Source: Octopus vulgaris (taxonomy: Eukaryota). From it: a stretch of 64,000 nt of DNA. Position numbers and translations under genes: made by a program. Under the pieces are notes generated by a model. The model saw only the letters and a list, made by a program, of their open reading frames with translations. It was not told the origin of the DNA and did no database searches. This document shows positions 13,838 to 26,476 of the stretch, in pieces. Where the stretch lies: assembly GCA_951406725.2 (NCBI GenBank), contig OX597822.1:18476001-18540000 (forward strand), in the 5' to 3' direction. Positions within the stretch are counted from its first letter, which is position 1. The number at the start of each line of letters is the position of its first letter.

Positions 13838-16085
13838 AAAATATATAAAATTCTCTGTTGTCTCAGGATGATAATGACCATCATTTTGATTTAATGTCTG
13901 TGTGTCCCATGCTGGCATGAGTTGGATGGTAAGAAATTATGATCCTGCAAGTTGGATTGAAACTGGTAACCTAAGGATGACAACTGTATATGACACTGAT
14001 GCAGTCCTCCATTCTACAAAGTGAGCTATCAATGTACAAGAAATATCAGATGTTGAGCATGGTTAACAAAGACTTTGTTAGCTTCAAACATGCCATATTC
14101 ATTTAAACTATATTCTATCATAAACAAGCTGTATGGAAGGAACAGCATTATAGTTTTGTGGAAACTATTCCGAAACCTTATATTATTATTTTTTTCTATG
14201 ATAAAATTACCAATCTGGGAGAGAGAGAGAGAAAGAGAAAGCGTATTTAAAAATGATCTTGAAAAGGCTTCTAAGGTTAAAGATGCAATTTATTTTCAAG
14301 GATCTACCAATCGTAGACAAGATCTTCCAATTGATGGAGGATTCAGAAAGATTAAACAACAGATATATTTGTTCATTATCTCTACTGCTTTCTCCATCTC
14401 CTTTTTAGTGGTTTTTGTGTTTTTTTGCTTTTGTATCTTCCTTTATATAAACGGGTATTATATACGTTTTCTCCATTTGCCATGGTTTACCAGCTTTAAA
14501 CAAATGGTTAAATTGTTTAAACAAATAAGTAAAACAGATATGAAATCAATTGGGTTTATTTTAGTTCAAATTCTTCTGAGATTGTTGCTACTTGAAACAA
14601 AAATTACTGCCTTTACTTACCTTAAAACAATAAGAGAAGAATGCATGTTATTACTGTAGTTCAATAAAGAAAATATGATCGACAACATCATTATTTACTT
14701 CGTTTTACAGTAAGTTTTTGAAAACCTTCATGTTTTGTTTGGCTAATTTTTTATATTTTTTTAAGAAAATAAAGTTATATCACAGTATTTTGGTTTCTTT
14801 GTTAATAGAAAAAATTTTTTTAGGAAAGGAAGAAAAAAAAAGGGGGTCTTAATCAATTGAATTAACTGATTTCTTTCTGGTAGTTCAATATTGACCAGTT
14901 TCTTTTGGAAGCCTCAAACCAATTCCCTTTTGTATCCTAGAAACAAGTTCATTTCAGCATCTGATAGAATCATCATTTAACATCCACTCTTCTATGCTTT
15001 CACTAGTCTCAGATAGAATTTATTGAGGTATATTTTCTGTGTCCAGATGCCCTTCGTCTCACTAACCCTTACCTGTTTCCAAGCAAAAATTCCCCCATGG
15101 CTAAACATATTTTCATAGAATATTGGTAATGAATGATACTGCTTATATGCTTGTGGGTTTCACTTGCAACTATGAGAGGATGTCACAACAGTGAGATACA
15201 AATAAATACACTCACACACCCATTACACACATGCACACAATAGACTTTTTTTAGCTTCCATCTACCAAATCCACTCACAAGGCTTTGGGCAGCCTAGGGT
15301 TATAGTAGAAAGCACTTGCCCTTGCCCAAAGTTCCACACAGTGAGATTGAATTTGAAGTAACCTTATTAACTGCACAGCCACACCATTGCAACTTGAGTT
15401 CAAATTTCATCAAATTGAACTTCATTTTTCATCCTTTGAGGATTGATTTAAACATCCCAATGCAGGGATGTAGATTGGTTGTAGAATTATTGCAGCAGAT
15501 GCCTTGTGGAATTTCTTCTGACGTTTTGTATTCTGGATTGAAATCCAGCCTTGACCTACTTGGTGGCAGGGTTGGGGGGAGAGAGACTTTGCTTCCGCAT
15601 AGATCCCTCAGCTCCAAGAATTATAATATCCCTTCAAGTTGGTGCTAAATACAGTTGAAGAATATGTCACAGTGAACAGAGACCAAAAGCCAAATGGCAG
15701 AGTTTTCCACAGGTTGGATTCTTTTCCTAAACTTTTTTAGCATACATAAATAGCTAGATTACTAAATCTCATGATCATAGGATCTTTCAATATCTCCTGA
15801 CATCATCAGAAGTTTAAATACTAAACTGGCTTTTCTTAGACTATTATACTTCTTAATGTTCTTTTTGTATGCACTCATGTATTATAGATATTATTTCAGC
15901 TTGCTTTCAATTTAACTGGTTTTGGGTTACCTTGATAACATTGTGTTAGCATAAATTTTCAGAGATATTGCTTTGTCTGGTATTTTGTACCCCTTTCCTA
16001 CACTTAAATAAGCTGACGCACGAGAAACAATCATCAATGAAGTATGGTGTAATCATCAAATAAAGATCTGATTTTCATGTTGTTT

Positions 16086-16618
16086 TATAGATGTTTTCGA
16101 TCTAGTTTGGATTCGTTGCAATCAAAGTCGAATTTTTCAATTGGTGCTCAAGCCTTGAAAAGAGAGTTAAACTACATCAGCCGCAAGGGAATACATGTCT
16201 ATCTTATCTAACTCGTCCAGTAGAGATGACCAATTGATATCTGAAAAGTTCGATGAAATAACTCATGAACACTGCGATAGCTTCTGCCAAAAGATGTTTG
16301 TTATGTCGACCGGTCTCAACAAGGGGAGATAATAGAAAAAGAATCATTCGTTTATTATCTCCCCTTGTTCAGACTGGTCGACAACATAAATATGTTGAAA
16401 CATCTTTTGGTAGAAGCTATCGCAGTGTTCATGAGTTATTTCATCGAACTTTTCAGATATCAATTGGTCAGCTCTACTGGACGAGTTAGATAAGATAGAC
16501 ATGTATTCCCTTGCGGCTGATGTAGTTTAACTCTCTCTCTTTTTTTCAAGGCTTGAGCACCAATTGAAAAATTCAACTTTGATTGCAACGAATCCAAACT
16601 AGATCGAAAACATCTATA
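16086..16618. repeat. ~530-bp near-perfect palindrome (fold-back/MITE-like element)
   Basis: Arms ~16086-16333 and ~16353-16618 are reverse complements (tatagatgttttcgatctagtttgg...ccaaactagatcgaaaacatctata) with a ~20-nt loop, and the right end abuts (TA)n. Confidence 0.9.
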
Positions 16619-16684
16619 TATAATATATATATATAATATATATATATATCCTTTAAGTTCATTTGTATTCTTTTGTCTTATTTA

Positions 16685-17055
16685 TTCTTTTATTTGTTTT
16701 CGTCATTTGACTGCAGCCATGCAGGAGCACACCCTTTAGTCAAACAAATCGATCCTCCCTGGACTTATTCTTTGTAAGGTTAGAACTTATTCTATTGGTC
16801 TCTTTTGTCAAACCGCTAAGTTATGGGGATGTAAACACACTAACATCAGTTGTCAAGAGATGGTGGGGGAACAAACACAGACACACAAACACACATATAT
16901 ATATATATACAACAGGCTTCTTTCAGTCTCCATCTACCAAATCCACTCACAAGGCTTTAATAGAAGACACTTGCCCAAGGTGCCACACAGTGGGATCAAA
17001 CCCAGAACCATGTGATTGGTAAGCAAGCTACTTACCACACAGCCACTCCTGTGCC
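16685..17055 (-). mobile_element. tRNA-derived SINE (family 1)
   Basis: Homologous to 13371-13784. Confidence 0.85.
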
Positions 17056-17363
17056 ATTTATGGAAAATGTTTTGAGTATGCACATAAAAGCTGTTATTCT
17101 ATTATGCCGGCTGCAACCTAATGATGCCAAATGGCAATACCAGTTTTTTTGGATCGCACTGAACTTGTCTGATATAATGTAGGATAACTATGGTAATAAC
17201 AATAATAATCCTTGAGTGGAATTTATAAATATTTTAATGCATCGCTACATGCATTTCCACAAATCACATGTTTCTCAAGATCATAGTCCAGGAATGATTA
17301 CAGTACAATCCATAGAATTCATGGACATCAGATAAATTATGTTCATGCATTCATTTTTTTCAG

Positions 17364-17469
17364 GTGATATAGCATTAATGGATGTTTAACTGAGGCTCAA
17401 ACAGAATGGAGAGGACCATACAGCCCACTGGTCGATTATCAAAAATTCTGCACTACACAACAGAACATT
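17364..17469 (+). other. Possible host exon (non-coding or first coding exon)
   Basis: Strong acceptor ttttttttcag|G and donor T|gtaagt in non-repetitive-looking sequence. All three frames have an early stop, and only ATG(ERTIQPTGR...) runs to the donor. Confidence 0.25.
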
Positions 17470-17624
17470 GTAAGTGTGCAACTTGTGTCTGATCATTACA
17501 TCCAGAGAAGACATAATTAATCGGCACTCTGAAGTCATTGTATCATGTAAACATAAAAACAAGGCACCATTCCTAGAATTAAAAAAAAAAAATTTTGAAA
17601 TAGAAGCACACTAACCACCTTTAA

Positions 17625-17824
17625 CCCTTTTGTTACCAACCCGGCTGAAACCAGCTCTGGCTCTGAGTACAAATGTCCTGTTATCATAAGTTTTCAATTA
17701 AAATCTTCCACCAAACCTTAGTCACAATCCATGTTCCTAACACTAGCTTAATGATAACGATGCTATTTTACTAATTTGTTTGTTATATTTAGAGCTTCTC
17801 AAAATAAATACAATAACGAAAGGG
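17625..17824. mobile_element. piggyBac-type MITE (200 bp)
   Basis: TTAA|CCCTTTTGTTA...TAACGAAAGGG|TTAA: TTAA target duplication and CCC...GGG termini with a 10/11 TIR match. Confidence 0.8.
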
Positions 17825-18014
17825 TTAACATATAATTGAACAAATTAAGAACACAGACCATTTGACAAAATAACCGCTATTTTCATATGCTACATGCTAA
17901 ACCACCAGAAGGAATTCTATTGGTCTCTTTCATCAAACCACTAAGTTATGGGGACGTAAACACACTAACATCAGTTGTCAAGTGATGGTGGAGGCACAAA
18001 CACAGACACACATA

Positions 18015-19643
18015 CAGTTGCGGCCAAAATGTTCAGAACGGCATTGTTTTCGTCAGAAAAGTAAGTATAAGTTTTTATCAAAGTTGTTTTATATTCTATA
18101 ATTTTCACAGACAATAAATACAATATTAATTGTTATTGTCTGAGATTTTGGTGTAATTTGAGAGGATAATACAAAAGTTATGGATGATTTAGTGATTTAC
18201 TGCAAAACCCATGGTGGCCAAAAGGATCAGAACGGTTGAAAAAATAACAAAATAATCAAAAATGACAGAGAATACTGGAATTATTTAATATTTAGTGTGA
18301 AGCCCATTAGCTTCAATCACACTCTGACATCTTTGACTGCATGAGGAAATTAAATTTTCAATTTCTTGCTGGGTGATCTTATTCCATTCTTCCTGAAGGG
18401 CATTCCATAATTGCTCAGTTGTTTTAGGATTTCTGGCTTTCGAACGTTCTCCTAGAATATTCCATACATTTTCAATAGGATTGAGATCTGGGCTTTGAGC
18501 AGGCTAATCCATAACAATAACCTTTTCATCCTTGAGGAAGTTCATGACCACCTTAGCCTTGTGACATGGGGCATTGTCCTGCATGAATATGGGTTGTCGC
18601 TTAGTTGAATTTCTCAGCACATGCAAGACATGATCTTTTACAAGTTGTTTATAAACTCCTGCATTTACCTTTCCATGTAATCGCACCAAAGGGCCCACAC
18701 CATCTCCAGATATCATTCCCCAAACCATGACACTTCCTCCATCGAATTTAACACTAGTCTTAAGGCATTTAGGCGACAATTTTTCACCTACTTTTCTACA
18801 AACGTACCTTTTCCCATCTGAGCCAAATAACATAAACTTAGATTCATCACTGAAATGCACCGTTTGCCATTTTTCTTGAAACCACAACACATGCTCGGTT
18901 GCAAAGGTAAGACGACACTTTTTATTCTTGGAGCTGATCAGTGGCTTCACTGCAGGTGCTCTTGCTTGTAGGTCATGTTCAACTAAATGACGAGACACAG
19001 TTTTTCAAGATAAAGTTTTCTTCAATACAATGCTTATTTTCTGAGAAACAGCAGCAGCAGTTTTAAATCTGTCCTTTTTAACCAACTTTACTATAGCACG
19101 ATCTTCTCTCTTGGTCGTTTTTCTTGGCCTACCTGCAAACTTTCTTGCTTCACACGAACCACAATTATTGTAGACCTTAAGAATACCGTGTACAACACTT
19201 TTTGACTTGTTAACAATCTTTGCAAAAGATCCAATACTTAAATTACCCTTCCTTTGAAGCTTAATAATCTGCTGACGAATTGGTTACGGAGTAAGTGGCA
19301 TTATATTAACAAAGTACACTGCAAATATTCTTACTAATGTTTAGTAAACGAACCGTCAGGTAAACAAATTCAAAACATTAGAGTTCGCCGGTTAAATATA
19401 CTAAAACACGGAGTAAAAGCAACTGTTCTGATCATTTTGGCTGCCATGGGTTTTGCAGTAAATCACTAAATCATCCATAACTTTTGTATTATCCTCTCAA
19501 ATTACACCAAAATCTCAGGCAATAACAAATAGTATCGTATTTATTGTCTGTGAAAATTATAGAATATAAAACAACTTTGATAAAAAATTATATCTACTTT
19601 TCTGACGAAAGCAATGCCGTTCTGAACATTTTGGCCGCCACTG
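18015..19643 (-). mobile_element. Tc1/mariner DNA transposon (DD34E, IR/DR-type long TIRs), 1629 bp
   Basis: TA|CAGTTGCGGCCAAAATGTTCAGAAC...GTTCTGAACATTTTGGCCGCCACTG|TA. The ~225-bp TIRs each carry two GGCCAAAA.G.TCAGAAC direct repeats. Confidence 0.95.
18285..19301 (-). pseudogene. Tc1 transposase, full-length frame with three in-frame stops
   Basis: GRPRKT, FSDESKF, GGSVMVWG, FMQDNAPCH...SPDLNPIE (D-34-E spacing), ending GLHTKY*. Confidence 0.93.
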
Positions 19644-20699
19644 TATATATATACAACAGGCTTCTTTCAGTTTCCATCTACCATATCCACTCACAAAGCT
19701 TTGGTCAGCCCAAGGCTATAGTAGAAGACACTTGCCCAAGGCACCTCACAGTGGGACTGAACCCAGAACCATGTGGTTGGTAAGCAAGCTACTTACCACA
19801 CTTTCAAGAAAGTATCATTTGTCAACTCTGACAATGAACTCCAACAACTGGATGGCTGTACTTGCTGATCCGACTCCTTTGTATTCATTGAGGTGGGAAT
19901 CTGCTGTGATTAAGATCAAACAAAAGAACCATACTCTACTCATCCTGACATCTGCAGACTCAAATAGCAAAATAAGTGCAACATCACCACACACACCTCC
20001 ACCACCAAATAACTATCATTCTTTCATTTCTTTCTGTCACCTTCCACTCCTCCCCACCAAATACACACAGAAATGCCTACATACCCCCAATCAACATTTT
20101 TTCATTGGTCAGAATTGGTAAACAACCCTCACTTAAACATCCATTAATGTTATATCACCTGAAGAAATGATTCCATGAAGTTTATCTCTCTGATACTGAT
20201 GGATACCAAAGACTGCACTGGAATCATCCCAGGAATACGGACTGTGATCTTAAGAAACATGATTTGTGGAAACGCACATATTGATGCATTAAAATATTCA
20301 TAAATTCCATCCAAGGATTATTATGGCTATTACTCTGTGCGTGTGTGTATGTGTGTGTACGTGTGTGTGCATATCCATCTATCTGTCTGTCTGTCTAAAA
20401 TAACCATCACTTGCAAGTATGACTTGCTATCATGTAGCATGCTTTCTCAAATTGCTTTAAATGTGCAAGTAGTCATGAGCAGAGACAGACATCTTCTCAG
20501 CCCTTCTCTCCTTCATTCAAAATCTTGATTGTGGTAGCTGAAGGAGTGAGAGAAAGGGCAAGGGCTGCACCAGCCCTTTGTTGGTGCTTTTTCTTAATCA
20601 ACCCAGAATGAATGAAAAACCAGTCAAACCTCACAAACCAGCACAAAAATTGTAACAGATTTTATCTGAATTTGATCTCAAGGACTTCAACCAGTTTTT

Positions 20700-21115
20700 C
20701 TTCTTACCTTTTACTTGATTCAGTCATTAGACTACAGCCATGCTGGAGCACTGCCTGGAAAGAGTTTAACTAAACAAACTGAGCCCTGAACTTAAGGTTT
20801 TTTTGTTTTTTTCAACACTGGTAATTATTCTTCTGGTCTCTTTTGCCAAAACTGCTAAGTTACAGGGCCATAAGCAAATCAACGCTGTTTGTGTTGAGTG
20901 GTGGTGGTGGTGGTGGTGGTGGTGGGGTGACAAACACACACACACACATATATATGTGAGGCTTCCATGCAGTTCCCATCTACCAAATCCTCCTAAGGAA
21001 TTGGTTGGGCCAGGGCTATATACAAGCCACTTGCCCAAAGTGCGGCACAATGGGACTGAACTCAAAACCGTGTGATTGCAAAACAAACCGTTTGACCACA
21101 CAGCCATGTCTGCAC
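20700..21115 (-). mobile_element. tRNA-derived SINE (family 1), diverged
   Basis: Homologous to 13371-13784. Confidence 0.8.
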
Positions 21116-22334
21116 CCACTGTCTTTTTGATCATCTTTCATTTGTTTTATTTTTATTTTTTTATATGTAAAATATTAAAAACATTGGTTATCTTGTATTG
21201 AATGCTTCAGAGGTCCAGGTTTTGGTCTCACTGCTTAGCATCTTGGATACATGTCAGTCTCTACAGCTTCAGGTCAAAACTTACCTTGTGAGTGAAACTG
21301 GGTTGACAAGAACTTTACAAAAACCTGTTGGATAAATGATAATTCAAAAGGACAATCGTGTTACACACACTAAGAATTATATTAAGGATTAGACATGTCT
21401 GTAGAATGCTCAGCTAATTGCTCATTTATTTAATGAACAGATAAATCAATTGATCAAAGAATTGAATTTTCATTGTTGAAACCAATAGAGAACCAACCTT
21501 CCATAAAAATATATAAATGAGGTGCCCAAAAATACACTACTGCTGCTGCTGCTGCTACTACTACTACTACTGCAACAGTGACTTTACAAATAATATAGAA
21601 TCCATCGACTGTATGTATATCACCTCTTATATTTTTTCTGACTATAACAGTAAAATTGAGAATGCATCATTCAAAAGAACTTGCAGGACAAAATCTCACA
21701 GAAATTAGTTAATAGTCAAATATTTCAATGCTCTCTGTTCAACCTGAATTTCTACAAAGCTCAATGGAATTCTATGAAGACAGAGATCTGCAAATTGAAC
21801 TGACTCCAAATTCTCTCTATGGTCAGATAATGACAGAAAACTGAAGAAATTTAAGAAATTTATGCCAACAATTCCAGTATTATGCATTAAGTGTCACCCA
21901 GAGATGCAGACCAGAGTTCATAAAAATATTATCTTCTGGGACAGAAAATGTTCTTGAAATAAAGAACAAAGGTTTCAAATCGATTAAATGAACAAATAAA
22001 TTATCTACAGGGAATAATAATAATGATAATGATGATGATAATAATAATAATAATAATAATAAATGAACAAATTAAGAATACCTTTCATGGAGTTTGGAAA
22101 TAAAATGCTGCCATGAAGAAGAAAAAGCTGTAAAGAATATCAAGGAATGTAAAAACTTTAGCACAAGAAAGAAGGTTGCAATAGTATTAATGTTATTACT
22201 CCAGTACTATAAAAAAAAAGGATATAATGTATAGGAATGAGTACATTTTGTGACACAGTATTCTTTTCAAAGAGAATACTCAGAGTGTGGGAAAATGTAT
22301 AAATTTCTATTCTCTAATACTAACAAAGAAAGAA

Positions 22335-22690
22335 GCCTCTGTATAGTGTCTTGGCCTGCTAGAAATAACAGCCAATTCTCATCTTTGGGGAAAAAAGGAT
22401 TCATTGGATATTGTAGTTATATACACCTAAAAGATAAAATGGTCATGGCTGGAATGTCTTCAGTCATAAAGTCTGTTCAACCAGGTACAGGCTAGGCTGG
22501 GGTTAAACAACAAAACATCCCTTTAATTTGAGCCAATGAAGGAACTTTTATGTGGTCACTTACTTTGCTAAAAGTAGCAGCCAAATCTCCATTTAACATT
22601 AGATTATAAAGTCTTATGTACATCTAAAAAGGTAGGATGGTCATATCTGGAATTGCTTTGTTCCATTAGGGATGATTTGGATCTAATCAA
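22335..22690 (+). repeat. Two tandem copies of a short dispersed repeat (ctgctagaaatagcagccaa...ggatggtcatggctggaatg...aaacaac)
   Basis: Similar units also occur at ~61720-62130 (tandem), ~59190-59310, and reversed at ~36530-36700. Confidence 0.6.
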
Positions 22691-23984
22691 TAATAACTCT
22701 CATCATTATTTAATCTGCGTGCATTTTAGATTAATAATTTTCTGGAGAAATTTACCCAGAAATTTTCTAAACATGATTCCTATGAACTATATCGAATGCT
22801 TTTCTGTTTTACAACTGCTGTTGACAAGAAGTGCTTGCAGAGTGTGTGGGCTGCAGAAATTAATGTAAAACTATCATTGATTCAACTGCTGACCGTCAGG
22901 TCAAAAGTGATCAATGAAGAAGTTTTATTTCTATGGAAGTATATTTATTCTTGGTATTGTCTCAACAAGAACTTATTAAATTGATGTCTCTTGTTGAGCT
23001 TCCATTTACAACTTTATTGTGACCATTATTATCAATAAGACTGTACATTTTTCCTCACTGATCTCTGACAAATGAATTCCATCTTCATTAGTATTTCTTA
23101 AAATGAATGTCGAAAATAACTTTTATTATAATACAACATAATCAAATACTTTGTCCATAATACCAGCCATGTAATAGACTTGTCCTTGTTGCATTGAAAT
23201 CTTTCTAGAGAATTTAATTATAACCAGAATGGTACATGCTTCTCATTGTAATTATGAGCTAATCTCCTTCACACTTGAACTCCATCGTCAAATTTGATTG
23301 CTTTTCTTCACAATTAGTTTTCAGTCACTTGATGGATTCTATTAACTGAATGTCTGTCAACGAACATAAAAAGACTATTGCCAATAAAATTCCATGAGGA
23401 TTTCATTTACATTTGAATATATTTTATCAAGAGTTTTCTATCATTCCACTCAGTGTTAACCTTGTTTGTTTCCAAGCCTGCTATTATCAGTTCAGCTAAT
23501 CTGTCAGAGTTTTTATCAAATTATTCAAATCCTATATAAAAATCTCATGAATACAAATAAGGTACCGTTTCTTCACCATTCATATAGCTGTGTGATGAGA
23601 CAATTATTTTGGCCTTCGTTAAGTTTCCCTTGTTAATTTATTTATTTCCAATTGTTATTTGGGCTGTATGGTTCATTTTGATAGATGTAGTAATATCATA
23701 ACATGGTGAACAAATTGATACAAATGCTTGAGTGCCAAACGAAATGACTTGAGTATTTATGCTGCTTTGCTTTCTTAGTTCAAATTCTGTTGTTGTCAAC
23801 TTTCTCCTCAACATCAACTGTGCTGCCATTTTGCTGCCTTCCCATTCTGGAGTGGCACAAGGATTTTTTGGCTGCTATTCTTTGAGTCATCACACTAAAA
23901 TGGAATTTGTCTCTCTTGCTGCTTTTTGTCTTTTTTGTTCATTCAGCCAGGTTAAGGTAATTGTTTGCAATTTTAATATATATA

Positions 23985-24026
<42 letters not shown>

Positions 24027-24119
24027 ATCCAAACAAGAAAACACAGAAAAAAACACAGCAACGCGAGGACGTGGAACGATTAAAGTATTATTTGATGCTC
24101 AGGAAAGAAGGGAAGGAGG

Positions 24120-24154
24120 GTTTAACGTTTCGAGCGGAGCTCTTCGTCGGAAAC
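24120..24154 (-). ncRNA. Minimal type-I hammerhead ribozyme (C3-G8, U4->C)
   Basis: Reverse complement GTTT-CCGACGA-A-GAGC TCC GCTC-GAA-ACGT-T-AAAC. Confidence 0.7.
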
Positions 24155-24297
24155 AAAGGAGAAGGAAAGATCCCGAGAAGGGAAGACAGATGAAAAAAAT
24201 TTTTTTGCTGGTGGTGCTCAAGAGATCACATGTTGAAAGGACAGAAGTTGAAAGGTAGACGAATCATGATTTTTAAAAACAAGTTTCAAAGACAAGG

Positions 24298-26087
24298 ATG
24301 TGTGTGGGTGCGTGTGTGTGTGTGTGTGTGTGTGCAAGGATGACAAGTGTGTTTGTGCATGCGTGCGTGTGTGTGTGTATGTATGGTGAATAACAGGCAT
24401 GGCAAGCCAGCTGTCATAAAGGATTGGCACTTTTTTGTGTCCAGCAAGGTCAAAACCAGGTCGAAAACAAAGGGGTATATGTGTGTGCGTGTAAGTATAT
24501 GTATTGTGTGTGTGTGTGTTGTTTGTAGTGTGTGTGTGTGTTCGTGTGTGTATGCGTAGAGTTTGGGTGTGTGGTAAGTAACTGTGCTTAACTTAGTGTA
24601 TGTGTGCTTGTAAGTGCGTGTGTGTGTGTGTAGGGATGTATGTGTGGGTTCATTTGTGTGCGTGTGTATGTATATGTGTGTATGTTTGTATGTGTGTATG
24701 TGTATGTATGTGTGTATGTATGTGTGTGTATGTATGTGTGTGTGTATGTATGTGTGCCTGCATGCATGTGTGTGTATGTATGTGTGTGTGTATGTATGTG
24801 TGTATGTGTGTGTGTGTATGTATGTGTGTGTGTATGTATGTATGTGTGCGTGCGTATGTGTGTGTGTGTATGTATGTATATGTATGTATGTATGTGTGTA
24901 TGTGTGTGTATGTATGTATGTATGTGTGTGTATGTATGTGTGTATGTATGTATGTGTGTATGTAAGTGTGTATGTATGTGTGTATGTGTGTAAGTGTGTG
25001 TGTGTGTATGTATGTATGTATATGTACGCATGTGTGTATGTATGTATGTATGTGTGTATGTGTGTGTGTATATGTATGTATGTGTGCATGTGTATTTGTG
25101 CATGTGTGTGTCTGTATGTATGTATATGTATGTGTGTGTGTATGTATATATGTGTCTATGTATGTATGTGTGTATGTATGCGTGTGTGTATGTGTGTGTG
25201 TGTATGTATGTATATGTATGCGTGTGTGTATGTATGTGTGTATGTGTGTATGTGTGTGTGCATGTCTGTGTGTGTGTATGTGTGTGTGTGTGTATGTGCG
25301 TGTGTGTACCTATGTATGTATATGTATGTGTGTATGTATGTATGTGTATGTATGTATATGTATGTGTGTATGTATGTATGTGTATGTATGTATGTATGTA
25401 TGTGTGTGTGTATGTATGTGTGTGTATGTATGTATGTATGTGTGTATGTATGTATATGCATGTGTGTGTATGTGTGTCTATGTGTATGTATGTATATGTG
25501 TATGTGTGTGTATGTGTGTATGTATGTATGTATGTATGTATGTATGTATGTATGTGTGTACGTGTGTGTGTATGTATGTATGTATGTGTGTGTATGTATA
25601 TGTATGTATGTATGTATATGTATGTATGTATCTATGTATGTATGTGTGTATGTATGTATGTATGTGTGTATGTAAGTGTGTGTGTATGTATGTACGTGTG
25701 TATGTGTGTGAGTGTATGTATGTATATGTACGCATGTGTGTATGTATGTGTGTATGTGTGTGTATGTATGTGTATGTATGTATGTGTGCATGTGTGTGTA
25801 TGTATGTATTTATATGTATGTGTGTGTGTATGTATATATGTGTCTATGTATGTATGTGTGTGTGTATGTATGTATGTGTGTATGTGTGTGTATGTATGTA
25901 TATGTATGTGTGTGTATGTGTGTATGTATATGTGTGTGTGTGTGTTTATGTGCATGTATGTGTGTGTGTGTGTATGTATGTATGTGTGTGTATGTGTGTA
26001 TGTATGTATGTAAGTGTGTGTGTGTATGTATGTATGTACGTATGTATGTATGTTTGTGTGTGTGTATGTATGTGTATATATGTATGT
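24298..26087. repeat. ~1.8-kb compound (TG)n/(TATG)n microsatellite
   Basis: Direct reading. It produces the spurious MYVC/HTYI ORFs. Confidence 0.97.
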
Positions 26088-26476
26088 GGTGCCGAGGGGG
26101 AAGAAGGGAGGGTGCTAAGGACCAGGAGGTCGCGTAGATTCCGGGCTCGTTTGAAGGAGGACAGGGGTGGGTTGGGGAAAATGGGGGTGGGTCGTAGAAT
26201 CGAGCTGGAGACGACGGAAGGCACGAAGTATCTTCCGACGAAGGGATAGAGTAGAGGGGTGGAAAAGGAGGGGAAAGGGGGTGCGGTTGGGGGTGGGTGA
26301 GTGGAAGGAGAAAGGGCGGTGGTGCGGTCGATGCGGCGAGTGCGGGCGAGGGCGTTCAAGACCAGGGTAGGTGGGTATCCTCGAAGCCTGAACAGGCGGG
26401 CCAGGTATTGAGACTGGGTCTCGAAATCCTGGTCGCGGCTGCACAAGCGTTGGAGATATATATATATATATATATA

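Larger units (their letters stand above)
17915..19801 (-). mobile_element. SINE family 1 copy split by the Tc1 insertion
   Basis: SINE halves at 17915-18014 and 19644-19801 join at a duplicated TA. Confidence 0.8.
24023..26455 (-). mobile_element. Penelope-like element remnant: RT thumb, long microsatellite, then HHR-bearing 3' end, bounded by (TA)n
   Basis: 26088-26455(-) encodes LQRLCSRDQDF...RLRGYP...SFKRARNLRDLLV (PLE RT thumb). An HHR lies at 24120-24154 on the same strand. Confidence 0.75.

Noticed and set aside
14075-14659. 194-aa ORF with hydrophobic stretches
   Set aside because: It spans (GA)n and T-rich low-complexity DNA and has no recognisable motif or splice structure.
15781-15815. 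Minus-strand CTGATGA...GAAA.GATC
   Set aside because: There is no helix I pairing, so it is likely a chance match.
22780-23920. Possible highly decayed hAT transposase on the minus strand (GQVYYMAG, AAHTL-like words)
   Set aside because: The motifs need several frameshifts and no TIRs were found. A TBLASTN/HMM search would be needed.
24286-26249. Long ORFs of 200-430 aa (MYVC.../HTYI...)
   Set aside because: These are translations of a stop-free (TG/TATG)n microsatellite, not genes.
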